Shown here in pieces: positions 59,792 through 64,000 of a DNA stretch of 64,000 nt. Both the position numbers and the translations under genes were made by a program. Under the pieces are notes generated by a model, which worked only from the letters and a program-made list of their open reading frames with translations, was not told the origin of the DNA and searched no databases. Position 1 is the stretch's first letter. Each line of letters opens with the position of its first letter. Source of the stretch: Myxococcota bacterium. GTDB lineage: Bacteria; Myxococcota_A; UBA796; CAJQPC01. Location of the stretch: contig DASCPX010000190.1 of assembly GCA_036012755.1 (NCBI GenBank), forward strand, positions 32,001 through 96,000, in the 5' to 3' direction.

Positions 59792-61630
59792 TCAGACGCT
59801 CTTGATGGTCCCGGTGTAGAAGCCGTCGAGGACCTCCCCGAAGCGGGACTCGATGACCTTGCGCTTGACCTTCAGGCTCGGCGTGAGCTCGCCGGTCTCG
59901 ATTGTCCAGTCTGCCTCGAGGATGGCGAACTTCTTGATGGTCTCGTACCTGGCGAGGCCAGCGTTCAGCTTGTCGACGGCCTTCTGGACCAACGCGATGA
60001 CCTTTGGCTCCTTCGACAGCTGAGCGACGGGACGTCCGCCCAGGTCGTTGTCCTCTGCCCAACCGGGAATGGACTCGGCGTCGAGGGTCACCAGCGCGCT
60101 GCAGAAGTTGCGGGTGTTGCCATGCACCAGCACGTTGCCGAGGTAGGGGCAGAGGGCCTTGAGCTTGGACTCGAGGGCCTGCGGCGCGACGTACTTGCCG
60201 CCAGAGGTCTTGATGAGGTCCTTCTTGCGATCGGTGATCTTGAGGAAGCCGTCCGGGTCGATCTCGCCGATGTCGCCGGTGAGCAGCCAGCCGTCGTCCG
60301 TGAGCGTCTCGGCGGTCTTCTCGGCGAGGCCGTAGTAGCCGCGCATGATGCCGCGGCTCCTGAGCAGGATCTCGCCGTCGTCGGCGATCTTGATCTCGGT
60401 GCCCCCGACCCCCTTTCCGACGGTGCCGAAGCGGAACTCGTCGGGGCGGTTCACCACGCTGGCCGCGCTGGACTCGGTGAGCCCGTAGCCCTCGCAGATG
60501 AGGATGCCCGCGGCGTGGAAGAACTCAGCCATGTCGCGGGACAGGGGCGCGGAGCCGGAGATGAAGTAGCGAATGCGACCGCCGAAGCGCTCGCGCAGCT
60601 TGGAGAAGACGAGCCTGTCCGCGATGCGGCGCTTGAACTCCAGCCAGGGACCCGGCTCTCCCCCCTTCTGCTGGATCGCCGAGACCTCCTTGCCCACGGC
60701 AAGGGCCCACCGGAAGATGCGCAGCTTGGCGCCGCCGGCGTCTTCGGCCCCCGTGACGACCTTGTTGTAGACCTTCTCGAAGATGCGCGGGGCCGCAGCC
60801 ATGAAGGTCGGCCGCACGATGGCGAGGTTGTCGATGATCCTGGGGATCCGCCCGTCGATGGCGGTGGGGATGGGGCCGGCGATGATCGCGACCTCCAGGA
60901 CCTTGCCGAAGCTGTGGCTCATCGGCAGCCACAGAAACTGCTTCTCGTCCTCCTGGAACAGGTCCATCTGCTTGAGCGCCTCGCCCGTGTAGACCCAGCA
61001 GTCGTGCAGGAGCTCGACGCCCTTCGGCGTGCCAGTGGTCCCGGACGTGTAGATCAGCGTCGCCAGGTGCTGGGGTTCGATGGCGTCGATCACCCGGTCG
61101 AAGTCCTCGGGATCGTTCGCGTCGTACTCGCGGCCGCGGACCTCGACGTCCTCCATGCGCAGGACCCAGCCGTCATCGCTCGCGGTGCCGTCCAGTGTCA
61201 ACACGTGTTGGACCTGCGGCATCTCCTCGCGCTTCTGCAGCAGCTTCTCGACCTGCTCGTCGTCCTCTGCAATCACCAGGACCGTGCCGGAGTCGTTGAT
61301 GATGAAGGCGCACTCCTCTGGCGTGTTGCTCGGATAGATGGTCGTGGTCGCTGCGCCCGCGCTCAAGATACCGAGATCGCACAGGATCCAGTCGATCCTG
61401 GTCGTACAGAGGATCGCGCACCGTTGTTCTGGCTTCACCCCGAGGGCCTTCAGACCGGAGGCGATCGAACGGACGCGCTCGCCGACGTCGGCCCACTTCA
61501 TCGTGCGCCAGGCTTCGTTGGCGTCGGGGAAGTAGAAGGCGTCGACGTTCGCGGACTCGCGAACGCGATGGGCCAGCATCGCGGCGACGCTGGCGAAGCC
61601 CTGGGTGGACTTCTGGGGGTCCTCGGCCAT
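59792..61630 (-). CDS. fadD: Long-chain fatty acid-CoA ligase (AMP-dependent)
   Basis: YTSGTTGTPKGV, EGYGLTE, TGDIG, DRKKDLIKTSGGK, ELTPSLKVKR. Confidence 0.93.
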   Translation of the reverse strand: MAEDPQKSTQGFASVAAMLAHRVRESANVDAFYFPDANEAWRTMKWADVGERVRSIASGLKALGVKPEQRCAILCTTRIDWILCDLGILSAGAATTTIYPSNTPEECAFIINDSGTVLVIAEDDEQVEKLLQKREEMPQVQHVLTLDGTASDDGWVLRMEDVEVRGREYDANDPEDFDRVIDAIEPQHLATLIYTSGTTGTPKGVELLHDCWVYTGEALKQMDLFQEDEKQFLWLPMSHSFGKVLEVAIIAGPIPTAIDGRIPRIIDNLAIVRPTFMAAAPRIFEKVYNKVVTGAEDAGGAKLRIFRWALAVGKEVSAIQQKGGEPGPWLEFKRRIADRLVFSKLRERFGGRIRYFISGSAPLSRDMAEFFHAAGILICEGYGLTESSAASVVNRPDEFRFGTVGKGVGGTEIKIADDGEILLRSRGIMRGYYGLAEKTAETLTDDGWLLTGDIGEIDPDGFLKITDRKKDLIKTSGGKYVAPQALESKLKALCPYLGNVLVHGNTRNFCSALVTLDAESIPGWAEDNDLGGRPVAQLSKEPKVIALVQKAVDKLNAGLARYETIKKFAILEADWTIETGELTPSLKVKRKVIESRFGEVLDGFYTGTIKSV

Positions 61631-61735
61631 GGTGACTCCAGGAAAAAGGGGCAAGACGGCCCGTCCCACGTAGCGTGCCAATCACCGCCTCGCCGCAACG
61701 GCGCGGGTCGACCAGAGCCGGGCTAACTTCTGCTC

Positions 61736-62806
61736 ATGCTCGTGCTGCTCCTCGCCTGCAACAAGACCTCACTCGAGCTCGCCTGGCAGGAGGGCCTCGA
61801 GCTGGAGGACCCGGCCATCCTCGCCGACGAGGGCCTCATCATCACGGTCTCCGAGATGACCATGCGCGGCATGGACGCGGCCAGCGGGGGCACCCTGTGG
61901 AGCGCCGAGTTGCCCGAGGGGGTCGGCGGCGCTCCGGTCGTGACCGACGACGACGAGATCCTCCTGTGGAGCGAGATCGGGATCTTCGGCTTCGACACCA
62001 CCGGCGAGGTCGTCTTCTCTCGCAACGCGGAGATGTTCGTCGAGGTCGACCCGGCGGTCACCGCCGACGGCACCATCCTCGTGATGGGCGAGAACCTCGA
62101 CAAGGACGCGGCGGTGCTCACGAAGATGACGACCGACAGCGGCGTGGTCTCCCAGGTCGAGTTCGCCGAAGGTCACCCCCTCACCCAGCCCGCCATCGAC
62201 AGCGAGGGCAACATCTACGTCGTGCTCACCACCGACGGCACGGTCTTCACGCTGGTCTCCCTCGACGCGGAGGGAGAGCTGCGCTGGGAGGTGGAGCTCG
62301 CCGAGGGCATCGACGGCAGCGCCGAGATCATCCCGTACGCCGGACTCTGGCTGGTCTCGGGCGGCGTCCTGCAGGAGCTCGACCCAGCCACCGGCGAGGT
62401 CCTCGACGACGACGAGGGCGTCTACGTCACCTTCGACGACGAGGGGGCCATCATCCGCTCAGAAGCGCAGCTCGAGATCGAGAACCGCGACGAGGCGGCC
62501 ATCGAGTTCCCGAACCTCACCTGCGGCCACACGGCCGTGGACGTCGAGGGACGCATCTACGCCGCCTGCGCGATGCCGAACGACCCGGGGCGCACCATCG
62601 TCATCGACCTGCGCGAGAAGGTCCGCATCGGGGACCCGGCGGAGTGGGCGGGGGAGACCCAGCTCGCCTCTCCGCTGTTGTGGGAAGACCTCGTCATCTT
62701 CCGCCTGGACGCCGGGCTGATCGCCTACAGCGGCGCCGCGCCCCTCGCGGAGGACGCCTGGGCTCGCAGCCGCGGGGGCCTCCGGAACCAGAACCGGGCA
62801 CCTTGA
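61736..62806 (+). CDS. PQQ-like beta-propeller lipoprotein
   Basis: MLVLLLAC; G..LW repeats, PAIDSEGNIYV, W..SRGG..N. Confidence 0.75.
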   Translation: MLVLLLACNKTSLELAWQEGLELEDPAILADEGLIITVSEMTMRGMDAASGGTLWSAELPEGVGGAPVVTDDDEILLWSEIGIFGFDTTGEVVFSRNAEMFVEVDPAVTADGTILVMGENLDKDAAVLTKMTTDSGVVSQVEFAEGHPLTQPAIDSEGNIYVVLTTDGTVFTLVSLDAEGELRWEVELAEGIDGSAEIIPYAGLWLVSGGVLQELDPATGEVLDDDEGVYVTFDDEGAIIRSEAQLEIENRDEAAIEFPNLTCGHTAVDVEGRIYAACAMPNDPGRTIVIDLREKVRIGDPAEWAGETQLASPLLWEDLVIFRLDAGLIAYSGAAPLAEDAWARSRGGLRNQNRAP

Positions 62807-63399
62807 AGCTCGTCCATCTCTGCGAGCGCTGGCTGGTCGTGGACAAGCCGCCAGGGTGGGTCGTGGTGCCCGGTCGAGGCTCCCACCCGGTGCTCCGAGA
62901 GGCGCTCGAAGCCGAGTGCGGTCGGATCTGGGTCGTGCACCGCCTCGACGCTCCGGTCTCCGGGCTGATCCTCTTTGCTCGCACCCGAGACGCCCACCGC
63001 GAAGCGAACCGGGCCTTCGAGGCCCGCGCCGTAGAGAAGACCTACGAGGCCCTGACCGCAGGCACTGGGAGCTCCGCGACCTGGGAGTGGCCGCTGGCCC
63101 AGGGCAAGAAGCGGGTCTTCGTGGCCGATCACGGCAAGGCCTCCAATACCTGCGCGGTCGCCCTGCGACGGGACGAGCGCGGGCAGCTCTGGCGACTGCG
63201 GCCCAGGACAGGGAGGCGTCACCAGCTGCGCGTCCACGCCATGACCGCGGGCCATCCCATTCACGGCGACGCGCTCTATGGCAGCGAGATCAGCTGGAAA
63301 GACGGCATCGCCCTGCGGGCCGTCCGCCTGGCGTTGGAGCTGCCTGGACTGCCGCCGTTGCTGGAGGTCCCGGGCCTCTGTGAGACAATCGGGACATGA
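62803..63399 (+). CDS. RluA-family RNA pseudouridine synthase
   Basis: TTG start; VDKPPG, VHRLD, KTYEAL, TGRRHQLRVH, GDALYG. Confidence 0.92.
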   Translation: MKLVHLCERWLVVDKPPGWVVVPGRGSHPVLREALEAECGRIWVVHRLDAPVSGLILFARTRDAHREANRAFEARAVEKTYEALTAGTGSSATWEWPLAQGKKRVFVADHGKASNTCAVALRRDERGQLWRLRPRTGRRHQLRVHAMTAGHPIHGDALYGSEISWKDGIALRAVRLALELPGLPPLLEVPGLCETIGT

Positions 63400-63896
63400 G
63401 CTCCGAATCCCTGGATCAGCAGAACGCGCAGCTGCAGGAGACCTTGAAGCAGCAGCTCGCCGACCTCGAGAAGGCCCGCGACAAGCTCGCCGTCGCCGAG
63501 GAGCAGCTCGGGCTCGCCGACGAAGAGGTGGCCCGCGCCGAGCTCGAGCTCGACAAGCGCAAGAAAGAAGGCGAGGAGCTCGAGAAGGCCGCGGAAGAGG
63601 CCCAGAAAGAGGTCGAGCGCCGCCGCGCCGAGCGAGACCGCATCAAGGCGGAGATCGAAGCAGAAGAGGTGGAGGAGCAGAAGCGCATCGACGAGCTCAC
63701 AACGAGAGCCGAGGCCGCGGAGCAGAAGCGCAGCGAGCTGGACGCGGAGATCAAGAAGCTCGAAGCCGAGCAGGCCGACCTGGAGAAACAGCTCATCGAC
63801 GCCGACGCCGAGATCGACCGCCTGGATACAGAGGACGAGCGCCTCGCCTCCGAGATCGCGGCTCTCGAGCAGGAGCTCGTCGACCTGGACGCCTGA
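63396..63896 (+). CDS. Coiled-coil protein
   Basis: E/K/A/L-rich heptads throughout. Confidence 0.8.
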   Translation: MSSESLDQQNAQLQETLKQQLADLEKARDKLAVAEEQLGLADEEVARAELELDKRKKEGEELEKAAEEAQKEVERRRAERDRIKAEIEAEEVEEQKRIDELTTRAEAAEQKRSELDAEIKKLEAEQADLEKQLIDADAEIDRLDTEDERLASEIAALEQELVDLDA

Positions 63897-64000
63897 TGCG
63901 GACCCTGGATGTCCTCCTTCGCTACGGCCCCGGGACCCGCCCGGCTCGCCTGGCCTGCGCGGCGCTGCCGGAGCTCATCTGGACCACGGAGAAGCCCGTC
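63896..64000 (+). CDS. Partial CDS running off the window
   Basis: TGATG coupling; MRTLDVLLRYGPG.. open to the end. Confidence 0.55.
   Translation, partial: MRTLDVLLRYGPGTRPARLACAALPELIWTTEKPV

Overview
GC-rich (roughly 70% by eye), densely coding bacterial DNA. It is probably from an uncultured Myxococcota-type lineage, judging by a MYXO-CTERM-like tail, Asp/Cys MopE-type repeats and many lipoproteins. About 45 genes; no rRNA, tRNA, CRISPR array or transposase was recognised. The centrepiece is a minus-strand catabolic cluster (21071-42820) with the enzyme set of anaerobic indole-3-acetate (iaa) degradation: xanthine-dehydrogenase-family Mo enzyme, hydantoinase A/B, class III CoA transferase, split B12 mutase, acyl-CoA dehydrogenase, HAD/ECH fusion and thiolase. 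It lacks a CoA ligase. Instead it carries an indolepyruvate oxidoreductase whose alpha subunit is fused to a GltD-like NAD(P)H/FAD module, and an aminotransferase lies nearby. This suggests a complete tryptophan -> 2-aminobenzoyl-CoA route. A phage-fibre-like/RCC1 cassette interrupts the cluster. Other notable points: ultra-short, uncharged lipoprotein signal peptides throughout the window; a CTG-initiated TetR-2xDUF2249 regulator with a perfect operator, divergent from a hemerythrin; a secernin-DoxX fusion; symmetric bidirectional leaderless promoters; a small family of intergenic repeats/palindromes; and several broken genes. All family assignments come from motif recognition by eye, not database searches.
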